Positions 23,843 through 33,050 of a stretch of DNA of 64,000 nt are shown here, piece after piece. Source of the DNA: Cyanobacteria bacterium P01_D01_bin.156 (GTDB taxonomy: Bacteria > Cyanobacteriota > Cyanobacteriia > Phormidesmidales > Phormidesmidaceae); assembly GCA_039024555.1 (NCBI GenBank), contig JBCCQQ010000001.1:351979-415978 (forward strand), written 5' to 3'. How positions within the stretch are numbered: the first letter of the stretch is position 1; every line of letters starts with the position of its first letter. The translations under genes were made by a program, and so were the position numbers. The notes beneath the pieces were generated by a model that had not been told where the DNA came from, did no database searches, and saw only the letters and a list, made by a program, of their open reading frames with translations.

Positions 23843-23897
23843 TTCAATAAACTAGGCAATAATTCTGTACCCAAAGGTAATTGCCTAGTTTATTGAA
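23843..23897. terminator. Hairpin downstream of ilvB
   Basis: TTCAATAAACTAGGCAAT ... ATTGCCTAGTTTATTGAA inverted repeat. Confidence 0.7.
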
Positions 23898-23900
23898 CTA

Positions 23901-24490
23901 CTAACCAATACTTTGGCCATCTTGGATAAGAATGTGTCGTTTGGGCTGGCCTAGTTGAATATCGGCAATCTTAAACCCAGGTAGGTTGATCCACACCTGA
24001 TTACGACTGCTGGAGAGCATTAAAGTCGAGGATGAAGCTGAGTCAATGCCACCGCCCAATGTCGATGGACTCACAAAGGCACAAATCTCTGCATAGATTT
24101 GTGAGATAACTCCATCAAGTGGTACAACAGCTTGGGTATCTTGTAGTTTTGCCTCAACACTTTGTAGTGTGCCTTGGGCGGACTGTACCTGCCCTCGGGC
24201 CTGATTAATCTCCTCAATACGTTTGCCAGCCCTCGCACAGCGACTGCTTGACGCTGTTGTTACCCCGTGCAGCGGCTTGTTCTACCTGTTCTGAACGGGC
24301 GCACCTGCAGTTTGTAACGCTAGAGCTTCTTCAGCTTCTGTGGCCTGAGATCGAGCAACATCGCGATCCGTACGGTTTTTGGTCTAACTCTTTTTTGGAA
24401 ATAGCCCCCGCAGTATAAAGGTCTTTGTAGCGAGACCAGCTGTTTGTTTACTGTCGTAATGTGGCCTGGGTTTGTTCTAGCCGGGTAGTG
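23901..24490 (-). pseudogene. Decayed HlyD/RND periplasmic adaptor (MFP) gene fragment
   Basis: Hand translation across frameshifts and a stop: RLEQTQATLRQ*..RYKDLYTAGAISKKELDQ / RTDRDVARSQATEAEEALALQTAG / RSEQVEQAAAR / AGKRIEEINQARGQVQSAQGTLQSVEAKLQDTQAVVPLDGVISQIYAE...IADIQLGQP. Confidence 0.75.
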
Positions 24491-24728
24491 ACTTATTAAT
24501 CAGCTTAATTATTTGCAGACGTCAACTAGGTAGTGAGTCGATGTTCGATGGCGGTGAGCTGCGTTGTGAACTCTTGTCAATCGGCGCTCTTGGGTTGTGC
24601 TGCTGAAGTCAAAAGACCTGAGTGTGTTAGGGTGAGCTAGTAATCCAAGGCTGGGTAGCATGCTGTTAGTTTGAGCGCAAGGGCGCATGCTACCTGTTGG
24701 TTGCCTATGCTTTGCTATAGAGGTGATC

Positions 24729-24920
24729 ATGGTGGACAAAGCTTTGGTATTTGAGAAAGCCGTTGCAGCTTACCAAGAAAGTTGTAAGCGAAATGATCTT
24801 GCTTTTGAGCAGCCTAGCGAAGAGCACTCTAATCTGATTCACGATGTTATGTATCTAAGGGTTAGTCCAGGCAGCTATGTGGCTAAGTATGATGTTCGGC
24901 GGCAGCGAGTGCTTGGATAG
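24729..24920 (+). CDS. Small hypothetical protein
   Basis: ATG at 24729 after GAGGTG RBS; followed by hairpin at 24940-24977. Confidence 0.65.
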   Translation: MVDKALVFEKAVAAYQESCKRNDLAFEQPSEEHSNLIHDVMYLRVSPGSYVAKYDVRRQRVLG

Positions 24921-25020
24921 CTAGAGTCTTGCCGTTTAGCGCGAAAGCTCCTGATGTATATGTCAGGAGCTTTCGCATATGTTAAAAAATTGATTTGAGA
25001 TCCCTGGTTACCTTAGTGAA

Positions 25021-26163
25021 CTACATTTTCCCTAGGCGAGCGCCTTTGTAGAAGTGGGTAAGAATATCATCGTAGTCGTGGCCCTGGTATGCCATGCCGC
25101 GGGCTCCCCATTGACTCATACCAATGCCATGGCCAAATCCATTACCTGACACTGTAATGCCAGTGGGAGTTACGGCTAAATCAAATTTAGTGCTACGCAA
25201 ACCTAACTTTTGACGGAAGGTATTGCCAGTGACGGTAAGAGTACCTTCATCACCAATAATGCTCATGCGTTTTGCCCGACCCTGGGGACTACGACTGAGC
25301 ACTTCTACTGCTTCGATGGTACCGGGGTAACCGATACGTTCTCCAACTTCTTCTAGGGAAAAGGCAGACTGCCAACTATAAACGGGCGCACTATGGTCAA
25401 AATCAGGAACACCGCGCAGATAGGGAACTGCCTTTGACCAGACATGCTCTGAATTTTCGGTGTGGCCGCCGGAAGATGAATGGAAGACAGCTTCAATCAC
25501 ACGACCGCCATGGATAAGAACTTTACCGCTAGTGGCGTCTACTGCTGATTGGGTAGAGGGAGCTTCTTGCTGAATGCCTTTATACACTTGGGAAAGTTGG
25601 GTGTTGCTGAGATCAAAGGAGCGGCCCCTGGCTTTCCGCTGATGGTAAAGGGCATAGGACCGGGCGGCAATCGCTTGCGATCGCAGTGCTTCCTGAGGCC
25701 AGCTAGTGGGCATTTCACTACCAACGACGCTGTAGAGATAGTCGTCAATATCAACGTAGTTAATGGCAGTAACTCCGTTTTCGCTGGGAATCAGTTTGAC
25801 CCGACCGCGATACCAGCGATCACCAATCCACACAAATCCATTGTCAGACGGTTCTAACCAAAAGGTGTTGGCCTGGCCAGACCGTCCACTATAATCACTC
25901 AGCTCCAAACGTCCACGAGTTTCATCAACGCTGACGGGCTCTAATTCTGAGAGTTGCATCACCGTTTGTCCACGGCTGTCGCGCACAGTGCCCGGAGTAG
26001 AGCTACCAATTTGTACCTGCTGGGCGTCGTTGCGAATAGCAACCCTAAGCTCGAGGGCTTGAGCGGGTACCAGCCAGAGCAACCAGAGCAATGCACCCCA
26101 CCAGCTACGGCGGGCCAGTCGTGCTATTAAGTTCCAGGAAAAAGAAGTCGTCATGGCAAACAT
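25021..26163 (-). CDS. SpoIID/LytB domain peptidoglycan lytic protein
   Basis: YLYSVVGSEMP, QAIAARSYAL, QVYKG, GFGHGIGMSQWGA. Confidence 0.92.
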   Translation of the reverse strand: MFAMTTSFSWNLIARLARRSWWGALLWLLWLVPAQALELRVAIRNDAQQVQIGSSTPGTVRDSRGQTVMQLSELEPVSVDETRGRLELSDYSGRSGQANTFWLEPSDNGFVWIGDRWYRGRVKLIPSENGVTAINYVDIDDYLYSVVGSEMPTSWPQEALRSQAIAARSYALYHQRKARGRSFDLSNTQLSQVYKGIQQEAPSTQSAVDATSGKVLIHGGRVIEAVFHSSSGGHTENSEHVWSKAVPYLRGVPDFDHSAPVYSWQSAFSLEEVGERIGYPGTIEAVEVLSRSPQGRAKRMSIIGDEGTLTVTGNTFRQKLGLRSTKFDLAVTPTGITVSGNGFGHGIGMSQWGARGMAYQGHDYDDILTHFYKGARLGKM

Positions 26164-26329
26164 CAGAAATGGGGGCGACCTAGCCTAGAGTTCCCAGGGG
26201 TATGGGATACCGTTTCAGAATAATGTCTACAGGGATGTGTGCCAATTGACATGTGCCAGTTTGCGAACGGGATTCGCCACGCATAATACACCTTGGCTCG
26301 AATGAAGCACAACCGAACTGTAAGGCAGC

Positions 26330-27688
26330 TTACAAAAGTTTTGCAGATTCGTACAAACGTCGCACAGTGGCCATAATCTTTTCACCATAGTTAGGGTCCA
26401 CTGACCAGCGTCCGCTCAGCTGATCCACAAAAACAGCGCTACCGCGACTAATAAATCGAAAGCGTGGATCTACCAATTCTTGCACTAGAGGTTCTTTGCT
26501 GGCGTACCCTTTGAGCCGTTGAATGTGGGCACGCACCCCTAAACGAGCGCTGGGAAATGAAGCTCCTTCGGGCGGATTGCCAATAGTCCCCAGACTAGCA
26601 AAGTTATTTTGGGAGGGCTTCACATTGCCACCAAACCGCAGGAATGAGGTTTCCACACACATTTGACAAAAGGCGATGTCCCAATTGACGCCTTCCTTAT
26701 AGCCCTCTTCGCGATAGATTTTGTGGATGTCGGGAAAGTCCTGCAGTGCTTTATCGTTGTTGCTCTTGAGAAACATCAGCAGGTTCACTGGCGACGCATT
26801 GCCGTGTTTCATAATTTGGTCAATGAGACCGGGACAAATGGCTAAGGCTGACTGGGTTTTTAGCTGGACAGTACGGGTAGCCGCCTCCCAGCCAATGGAA
26901 ATATTAAAGTCTCGCAGATCTACGGTTTTGACATAAACAATGTTGCCGTACCGCACACGCTTAATATCGTCTTTGTCAGATAGGTCAATCCCCAAGCTAT
27001 CGACTAAATCGATGGGCAAATAGGAGTTGTTGTTTACAACAATGCCTTTTTCATCGTAAAGCCCTCCATTAATGGTGATATTGACCGTGGGAAAGTCAGT
27101 TTGGGGCGTGGTTGGAGGGGCTCCACTAACACGACGGCTCCAGGTGGCTAAACCATCCGCCAACCCAATTGCAAAGTCACGGCGGCGAGTAGTGAGTAGA
27201 TTGCGATCTCGCTCATTGGTCAGATAAGCCACTTCCATCAATAAGGAAGCAGGTTCCACCTGGCGGCAAAAGGCCAAACGCCCCATTCCAGCTGATGTGT
27301 CTGGAAGAGCACCGCGGCTAGGTAATGGCTGAACTCGCCGCATTAGGGCCAAAATCATCAGTTCAGCATCAGCTTTACGGACTTCGTTCTTGGCAATGTA
27401 GTATGCCGTAATACCCCGGGTCTCAGGATTTTGAAACGCGCCTGCATGGATCTCGAGAGCGACGTCACCGGGACGATTACGAGCATTAATCCAGCGGATG
27501 CTGTCCTGTAGACTCAGGTCGTCCGGTACAGAAAGCACAGTTAGATTTCGTGATCTCAACTCCGGCACAATCAGGTCCCGGAGGCGCATCATTTCCTGAG
27601 CTTCCGTGAGTCCGCCCACCCTCACACCAGAGTCTTGGATCTGATTTTCAAATCCACCGTGGCCTGCTGAGATGAAAATTTGTGCCAT
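26330..27688 (-). CDS. tftA: Amidase_3 + glucosaminidase-like protein (hormogonium tapered terminus morphoprotein TftA-like)
   Basis: IFISAGHGG, VALEIHA, LLMEV amidase motifs; C-terminal AFCQMCVET...QNNFASLG...LSGRWSVDPNYG. Confidence 0.75.
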   Translation of the reverse strand: MAQIFISAGHGGFENQIQDSGVRVGGLTEAQEMMRLRDLIVPELRSRNLTVLSVPDDLSLQDSIRWINARNRPGDVALEIHAGAFQNPETRGITAYYIAKNEVRKADAELMILALMRRVQPLPSRGALPDTSAGMGRLAFCRQVEPASLLMEVAYLTNERDRNLLTTRRRDFAIGLADGLATWSRRVSGAPPTTPQTDFPTVNITINGGLYDEKGIVVNNNSYLPIDLVDSLGIDLSDKDDIKRVRYGNIVYVKTVDLRDFNISIGWEAATRTVQLKTQSALAICPGLIDQIMKHGNASPVNLLMFLKSNNDKALQDFPDIHKIYREEGYKEGVNWDIAFCQMCVETSFLRFGGNVKPSQNNFASLGTIGNPPEGASFPSARLGVRAHIQRLKGYASKEPLVQELVDPRFRFISRGSAVFVDQLSGRWSVDPNYGEKIMATVRRLYESAKLL

Positions 27689-28380
27689 AAAGCCCTGTAA
27701 AGCTTACTCGTCAAGACATGTTCCTAATTTCCCCGCAAGGATACATCAATTTCTTGATATATGGGAATGGCAAGTGTCGCCAACGCCATGTAATTCTTGT
27801 CTGTAGTTGCTTATAAGCTACAGACCTAGGACAACATCCGTATAGTGCAGCTGAAGGATTTTGGATGAGATTGCGATAGCTGCTGAAAGTTAGTTGCTAA
27901 AAGGCAACCCTTGGCAGAATAGCAGTACTTGGAAAAACTCTTATAAAAATGCGAACTGGCACCAATTTTAAGAAGTTGCAAAAGAGCATCAAAAAACTAC
28001 GTCAAAAACATTAAAAACGATTTCATTTCAAGGCTTAATGTTGGAAAATCTATGATTTCTAACGTGTGAGACATCCTGTTCTATTCGCTTGCATCCTAGA
28101 TTTTATTGATAAGTATGTATTCAAAACATTAAGCAATATAGCAAGCAGCGCTTTATTAACAATCCTCATTTATCTTAGTGATCAATACCCAGTCACAGGG
28201 CTTGTTCCTGCTCATCATCCAAACATTTGCTCATACATAAGAAATGTATCGCATTAATGATGTATGACATAGTTTTCTCTTTAGAGATAACGTTCTAGTT
28301 CTACGAACAGAGCTCGCATAGGGTTAACGTCTAGTCAAATTATTGACTAACCCTTTTTAGGCAGTACGGGAGGTTTAGTT

Positions 28381-28557
28381 GTGGTTACGGAAACACGAAC
28401 CGTTGTTATTCAACCTGAAGCAATGGTTACAACAAACAACCCCAGGCAAGATACTGTTACATCTTATTTAGGCATCGGGGTATTAGCCTATGTCTTGCTC
28501 TTATACGCTTTCGCACCTAGGAGTAGGTACCCTGAACGACATAAGAACTCTTTGTGA
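28381..28557 (+). CDS. Putative 58-aa single-TM small protein (missing from ORF track)
   Basis: GGAGG RBS then GTG; MVTETRTVVIQPEAMVTTNNPRQDTVTSYLGIGVLAYVLLLYAFAPRSRYPERHKNSL*. Confidence 0.5.
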   Translation: MVTETRTVVIQPEAMVTTNNPRQDTVTSYLGIGVLAYVLLLYAFAPRSRYPERHKNSL

Positions 28558-28606
28558 CGATCACGCGAAACAGAGTGCAACTTCTTGTCTCAAAAATTTT
28601 TTGTAG

Positions 28607-28651
28607 AAGGGCGAACGAGGGGACTCGAACCCCCGAATGGTGGAACCACAA
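28607..28651. repeat. att site: displaced 3' half of tRNA-His
   Basis: AAGGGCGAACGAGGGGACTCGAACCCCCGAATGGTGGAACCACAA, identical to 45578-45622. Confidence 0.95.
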
Positions 28652-28799
28652 GCCGTTTGTACTGATACGAGTTTGCAAGGGTTATAGCTATAGCCACTGC
28701 TATAACAGTGATTAACACTTATAGTTTCTATGTACTATCATACAAAATAGTACATAAAGCTAGCCTAAAATTAGGCTAGTGGTTAGGCTAAAACCCTGA

Positions 28800-29894
28800 A
28801 TGGCTAAAAAATCACCGGCTGATTTGCTGCAGGAAGCGAATCAGCGTTTGAAGGCTGGCAAGGTACCGGTGCGTATCGTGACCCAAGCCAAAACTGATCG
28901 ATTGTACTTGCGAGCAACGCTGCCGCCAAAGTCGGATGCGACTAAGCAATATTCCCATCAGCAAAGGATTTCGCTGGGAGTCTACTGTAATCCAGCTGGG
29001 ATTAAGCGAGCTGAAGCAGAAGCGCAAAAACTGAACCATGAGTTGATGTTGGATCAGTTTAATTGGTCCAACTGGCAAAAACGGAATCGCCCATTGCCAG
29101 TACAGACCGTGAATGATTGGTTGGCCGCTTTTGAGTCGGACTACTTCACGCGTCGGGAACGGAACGCCAAAAGTCAGACGACCTGGAATAAGGACTACGC
29201 ATCACCCTTTAATCGATTACCAGCAGATGTGGAGTTGACTGCAGCCGTTTTAACGAAAACCGCTGAGAGCTATCCACCAGACACCCGGTCTAGAAAGCGG
29301 GCTTGTGATGCTTATAGTGCATTAGCACGTTTTGCTGAGATTGAAATAGATCTCAAACCACTGCGGGGTAAGTATCGTCCGACGGCAGTGAGTAGAGAAG
29401 ACGTCCCGAGCGACGAGCTGATTTTGGAGTGGTGTCATCACATTCCCGATTCCAATTGGTTAAACTTCTACCGTCTGGTCGCCTGCTATGGGTTACGAAA
29501 TCATGAAGCATTTCTCGTTGATCTCGGGAAGCTCAAAACTGACCCGATTGCAACGGTGACGGGTGGCAAAACGGGCTATCGTGCTGTGGCCCTTCCGTGT
29601 CCAGTTGGCTGGTGGGAGTCTTGGTTTGAAGGACAAGACCTAACCCTACCGACCATTAACGCTCAAACGAATAGTCATTATGGCAATGTCAGTAGTCAGT
29701 ACTTTCGCCGCTTAGAGCTGCCTTTCAGAATTTATGATTTGCGCCATGCCCATGCCGGACGTATGGCGATTAAAGGAATTGATCCTGCCATTGCGGCCAG
29801 ATCTCAAGGCCATAGTCTAAAGGTGCATTCAGAGATCTACCTGAATTTTCTAGGAGCCGAGCAATTGCGTGGTCTGCTAGATGATTTGCGGTAA
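28800..29894 (+). CDS. Tyrosine recombinase / site-specific integrase
   Basis: YGLRNHE (R), GGKTG (K), YDLRHA (R), QGHS (H), SEIY (Y); N-terminal LYLRATLPPK arm-binding-like region. Confidence 0.92.
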   Translation: MAKKSPADLLQEANQRLKAGKVPVRIVTQAKTDRLYLRATLPPKSDATKQYSHQQRISLGVYCNPAGIKRAEAEAQKLNHELMLDQFNWSNWQKRNRPLPVQTVNDWLAAFESDYFTRRERNAKSQTTWNKDYASPFNRLPADVELTAAVLTKTAESYPPDTRSRKRACDAYSALARFAEIEIDLKPLRGKYRPTAVSREDVPSDELILEWCHHIPDSNWLNFYRLVACYGLRNHEAFLVDLGKLKTDPIATVTGGKTGYRAVALPCPVGWWESWFEGQDLTLPTINAQTNSHYGNVSSQYFRRLELPFRIYDLRHAHAGRMAIKGIDPAIAARSQGHSLKVHSEIYLNFLGAEQLRGLLDDLR

Positions 29895-29995
29895 TCCAAA
29901 GAGGCTTCAAGTTTTCCTGGTTGATTGGTTGCCCAGGTTGACTAAAAGGAACAAAGTCCTTGTCAAATCTAAGGGATGCCGCATTCAGTTCTATG

Positions 29996-30286
29996 TCACC
30001 CAGACTTTTTTACCTTATGTCTAGATGATTGTAACCACATAAACAGACCTGAAATAATCAGAGTTAAGAGTCCCAATGCGTTAAGAATAGGGTAAATAAA
30101 CTCCAGGTTAATACTGCCAAATTTGCCTCGATGTAACTCAAGCAGCCATAGAAAACCACTGGCACGACCGCCAGCAACCGCAAACTGAAACCCCATACCG
30201 GTGGTTAGCGTAAGTAATAAAGGGAAGGCAACGAAGGGAACTAACGCCCTATGGAGTTGGCGTAAACGAACTTGATTAATTGACAT
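29996..30286 (-). CDS. PepSY-associated TM helix-like small membrane protein
   Basis: LRQLHR...PLLLTLTTG...LELHRG...IISGL pattern. Confidence 0.7.
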   Translation of the reverse strand: MSINQVRLRQLHRALVPFVAFPLLLTLTTGMGFQFAVAGGRASGFLWLLELHRGKFGSINLEFIYPILNALGLLTLIISGLFMWLQSSRHKVKKSG

Positions 30287-30292
30287 TGTTGT

Positions 30293-30664
30293 TTACCGAT
30301 GCCCCCTTTTCAAAGACAGTAACAGAAATGGAGCTGCAATCATTAGTCCAAAGATGGATTCGCCAAAACCTAAAGAGAAACCATCGGCTAATTTAGCGGT
30401 TGATACTGTATGGAGGGGTGAACCTGGGCTAGCTGGTACTGATTCGATCGCTGTGACACCCTCTGCAGGGTTTTGTTGTTTCTCCAGCTCTGCTGCATCA
30501 TTGCTAGTCTCATCAGATGGCTGAGTTGTCTCCTCAATGTTGGCAGTTTCGGGTTCCGGAGAGTGAGAATGATTCGTATGGGCAAGCGCAGGCTGTGACT
30601 GACTGCTGTAGGCCAGCACTCCCCCCAGAAAAACTAATTGCAATTGAACCTTGTTGTGGGCCAT
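30293..30664 (-). CDS. Secreted His-tipped protein with C-terminal TM anchor and basic tail
   Basis: Signal peptide ending PALA, then HTNHSHS, acidic low-complexity linker, GFGES + hydrophobic helix + KRGHR. Confidence 0.7.
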   Translation of the reverse strand: MAHNKVQLQLVFLGGVLAYSSQSQPALAHTNHSHSPEPETANIEETTQPSDETSNDAAELEKQQNPAEGVTAIESVPASPGSPLHTVSTAKLADGFSLGFGESIFGLMIAAPFLLLSLKRGHR

Positions 30665-30694
30665 ATCGATTAATAGTAAATGAACTGAAAAGTA

Positions 30695-31537
30695 TTAGGT
30701 ATTTTGACGTTTAGCAGGGAGTTTACGGTGACGAAGGTATAGCCCCACAACAGCCATAAGAATTGAGATAGCAGACAACATGTGAACGATATTGAATGCT
30801 GTTCCGGGGAAGAACCAGGAATCGGTGCGTAGAAATTCAATAAAAAATCGTCCTAGCGGATACCAGATGAGATACATCAAGGCGATATCTCCGGGCTTCA
30901 GATTGTTTTGGAAGCGTCGAGATAGCCAGAAAACAAGAAAAAAGCCGATAAAGTTCCAGAGCGATTCATACAAAAATAAGGAATGAAATCGGACACTTTC
31001 TGGGTATGCGCCAAGATTGTTATAGGGGGCAAGGCGATGGGCCATATCAATCCGTAATCCCCAAGGAAGACTAGTCGGGGGACCATATAATTCTTGATTG
31101 ATAAAGTTGCCCCAACGCGCAATTGCTTGTCCTAAGGGCAGTCCTAACGCAATCCCATCTAGATAAGGCAGTGGATTCAAATTACGGAGTCGGGTGAATA
31201 CCCACAATGCCAGTCCACCCGCTATAAATCCTCCAAAAATATGAATGCCACCGCTCCAAACTTTGAGGATCTCTCCTGAATTTTGTAAAAAGTAACCTAG
31301 CCCAGAGGCATCTCGCGGAGACTGGACAAACACATAGTAGAGTCGTGCCCCGATAAACCCTGGGATTAGTATCCACAGCAGCATATCCCACAAATTATCA
31401 GGATCTTCTCCTCTACGGGCGACCTCGCGACTGGCAACGATGGATGTAGCTAAAACGCCAGCTAACATCAGCACGCCATACCAACGGAGGGCGAAAGGTC
31501 CAATGGAAAAAATGATTGGATCAACTGGGGGGAACAT
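30695..31537 (-). CDS. lgt: Prolipoprotein diacylglyceryl transferase (island copy)
   Basis: LRWYG, IGARLYYV, GGIHIFGG, GQAIARWGNFINQELYG, RFFIEFLR. Confidence 0.93.
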   Translation of the reverse strand: MFPPVDPIIFSIGPFALRWYGVLMLAGVLATSIVASREVARRGEDPDNLWDMLLWILIPGFIGARLYYVFVQSPRDASGLGYFLQNSGEILKVWSGGIHIFGGFIAGGLALWVFTRLRNLNPLPYLDGIALGLPLGQAIARWGNFINQELYGPPTSLPWGLRIDMAHRLAPYNNLGAYPESVRFHSLFLYESLWNFIGFFLVFWLSRRFQNNLKPGDIALMYLIWYPLGRFFIEFLRTDSWFFPGTAFNIVHMLSAISILMAVVGLYLRHRKLPAKRQNT

Positions 31538-31558
31538 ATCTTTAAGCTGAGGGCAATG

Positions 31559-32044
31559 CTATGAATGTTCTGAGAAAGTTGTTGTTGAACCATCTTTTTC
31601 AAACGCAAAGACTGTGTAGGGTTCAACATAGTTACCCGATTCCATGCCAGGAGAACCAATGGGCATCCCTGGTACGGCAATACCAGCAATATCCGGCTTT
31701 TCCATTAGCAGGCGAGCCACATCTTCTGCAGGGATATGGCCTTCAACAACATAGCCATCTACGACAGTGGTATGGCAGGACTTTAGGTTGTCAGGCACAC
31801 CGTACTGCTCTTTAATAGCCGTCATATCCTCCGTAATCTGGTCGTTCACTTGGAAGCCAGCGTCATGCATATGTTCAATCCACAGCCCACAACAGCCACA
31901 TGTGGGACTGCGGAAGACATTGATTTCGCTAGCCAGGGCCGCTTGGGAAATTGGTGCCGGTGCCGAAGCCAGAGCACAGCCGGTGATAATCAGGCTCATG
32001 GTGATTAGGGCAAGGCTCCCAACTTTTTTAATGCGATGGATCAT
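31559..32044 (-). CDS. DUF411 (CopG-like) metal-binding lipoprotein
   Basis: Lipobox IITGC; SPTCGCC, SCHT, EGHIPA, VPGMPIGSPGME. Confidence 0.9.
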   Translation of the reverse strand: MIHRIKKVGSLALITMSLIITGCALASAPAPISQAALASEINVFRSPTCGCCGLWIEHMHDAGFQVNDQITEDMTAIKEQYGVPDNLKSCHTTVVDGYVVEGHIPAEDVARLLMEKPDIAGIAVPGMPIGSPGMESGNYVEPYTVFAFEKDGSTTTFSEHS

Positions 32045-32091
32045 GATTTCGATGTGAACTGGGGTAGATGAACAATAAAACTGGAATTCTA

Positions 32092-32994
32092 TTAGAAACT
32101 GACTGGCGCATCAGTTTTTACTGATTGTGTTTGATAAGTAGCGGATAGACGATCTAACTGTTGCATCAATGTGATAACGCCTAGTAATAACAGGGCTGAG
32201 AAGACATCGCCGCCCCAACTGTCATGTAACCACTTAAACCAAGCTGTTTGATCAGTGCCATGGAAAAAGGTGAGTAATGTGTTGCGCAACAGATTCCCCA
32301 TAAAGCTAATTAAAACAGCGCCAGTTAGCATGGTAGTGACTTTCCAACGGTGGCGAAGATTATCTGTCCCGTGGAGCAGTAACAGGGCTACATAAAGACA
32401 GGTCATAAGCATTTTTAGCCCAGCGCAGTAAGGGGCGACTTCGACAATGCGATCGCTAACCAAAATATAGGACTGGTCCACCGTTACAGCCATACCAAAC
32501 ATGCTCAGAACGGTGCCGACGATAATGGCAATCACCCGCTGGAGAGGCATCAGGTAAGGGGCGACTAGATACGAGATATCGGTCGGAGTGGCCAGCAGCA
32601 CAAATAGCAACGGCATCCCCATCAACCGTATCCCTGGCAATCCTTTAAGGTAAAGGACCAGACCTGCCAGCAAGATTGGCAGGGATAGGTTGATCAGGTT
32701 TGTGAGGGCACCGGTGTAGAAAATAAGTGCAAGGGCAATAAACGCAATGCCCAGTAAATGTAATTGGTCAGGTAGTTTGCGCCAGCAGGCACGTTCCTGC
32801 CATGCCGCCATCCCAGCGTAGGGAAAACCGATGATGGCGTAGGAAAAGTATTCATGTTCTATGCTGACGGATTTATTGAGCCAGCCGTCGATCCAATGCA
32901 TCAGTAAAGGACCGTATAGGATGGCTAGCAGCAGTGCGATCGCACTTTCCGCTGGGTAGCGCTGGATAGATTTTGAGAGTTGCATAGCAGGCAC
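32092..32994 (-). CDS. Exosortase, cyanoexosortase B (CrtB)-like
   Basis: WIDGWLNKSVSIEHEYFS; catalytic Cys (VEVAPYCAGLK), Arg (NLLRN) and His (WLHDSWGG); multiple TM. Confidence 0.85.
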   Translation of the reverse strand: MPAMQLSKSIQRYPAESAIALLLAILYGPLLMHWIDGWLNKSVSIEHEYFSYAIIGFPYAGMAAWQERACWRKLPDQLHLLGIAFIALALIFYTGALTNLINLSLPILLAGLVLYLKGLPGIRLMGMPLLFVLLATPTDISYLVAPYLMPLQRVIAIIVGTVLSMFGMAVTVDQSYILVSDRIVEVAPYCAGLKMLMTCLYVALLLLHGTDNLRHRWKVTTMLTGAVLISFMGNLLRNTLLTFFHGTDQTAWFKWLHDSWGGDVFSALLLLGVITLMQQLDRLSATYQTQSVKTDAPVSF

Positions 32995-33027
32995 GATTTC
33001 AGTCCTGCACTAGGCTGGCAGACAATG

Positions 33028-33044
33028 ATGAAATAGAAATGAAA
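33028..33044 (-). promoter_or_regulatory. CopR-type direct-repeat box upstream of the exosortase-lgt operon
   Basis: TTTCAT-TTCTA-TTTCAT on the minus strand; CAGCCT 10 nt further. Confidence 0.7.
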
Positions 33045-33050
33045 TCGCGG

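Noticed and set aside
28607..28651. Second tRNA-His gene
   Set aside because: Only the 3' half (anticodon loop onward) is present; it is the att duplication.
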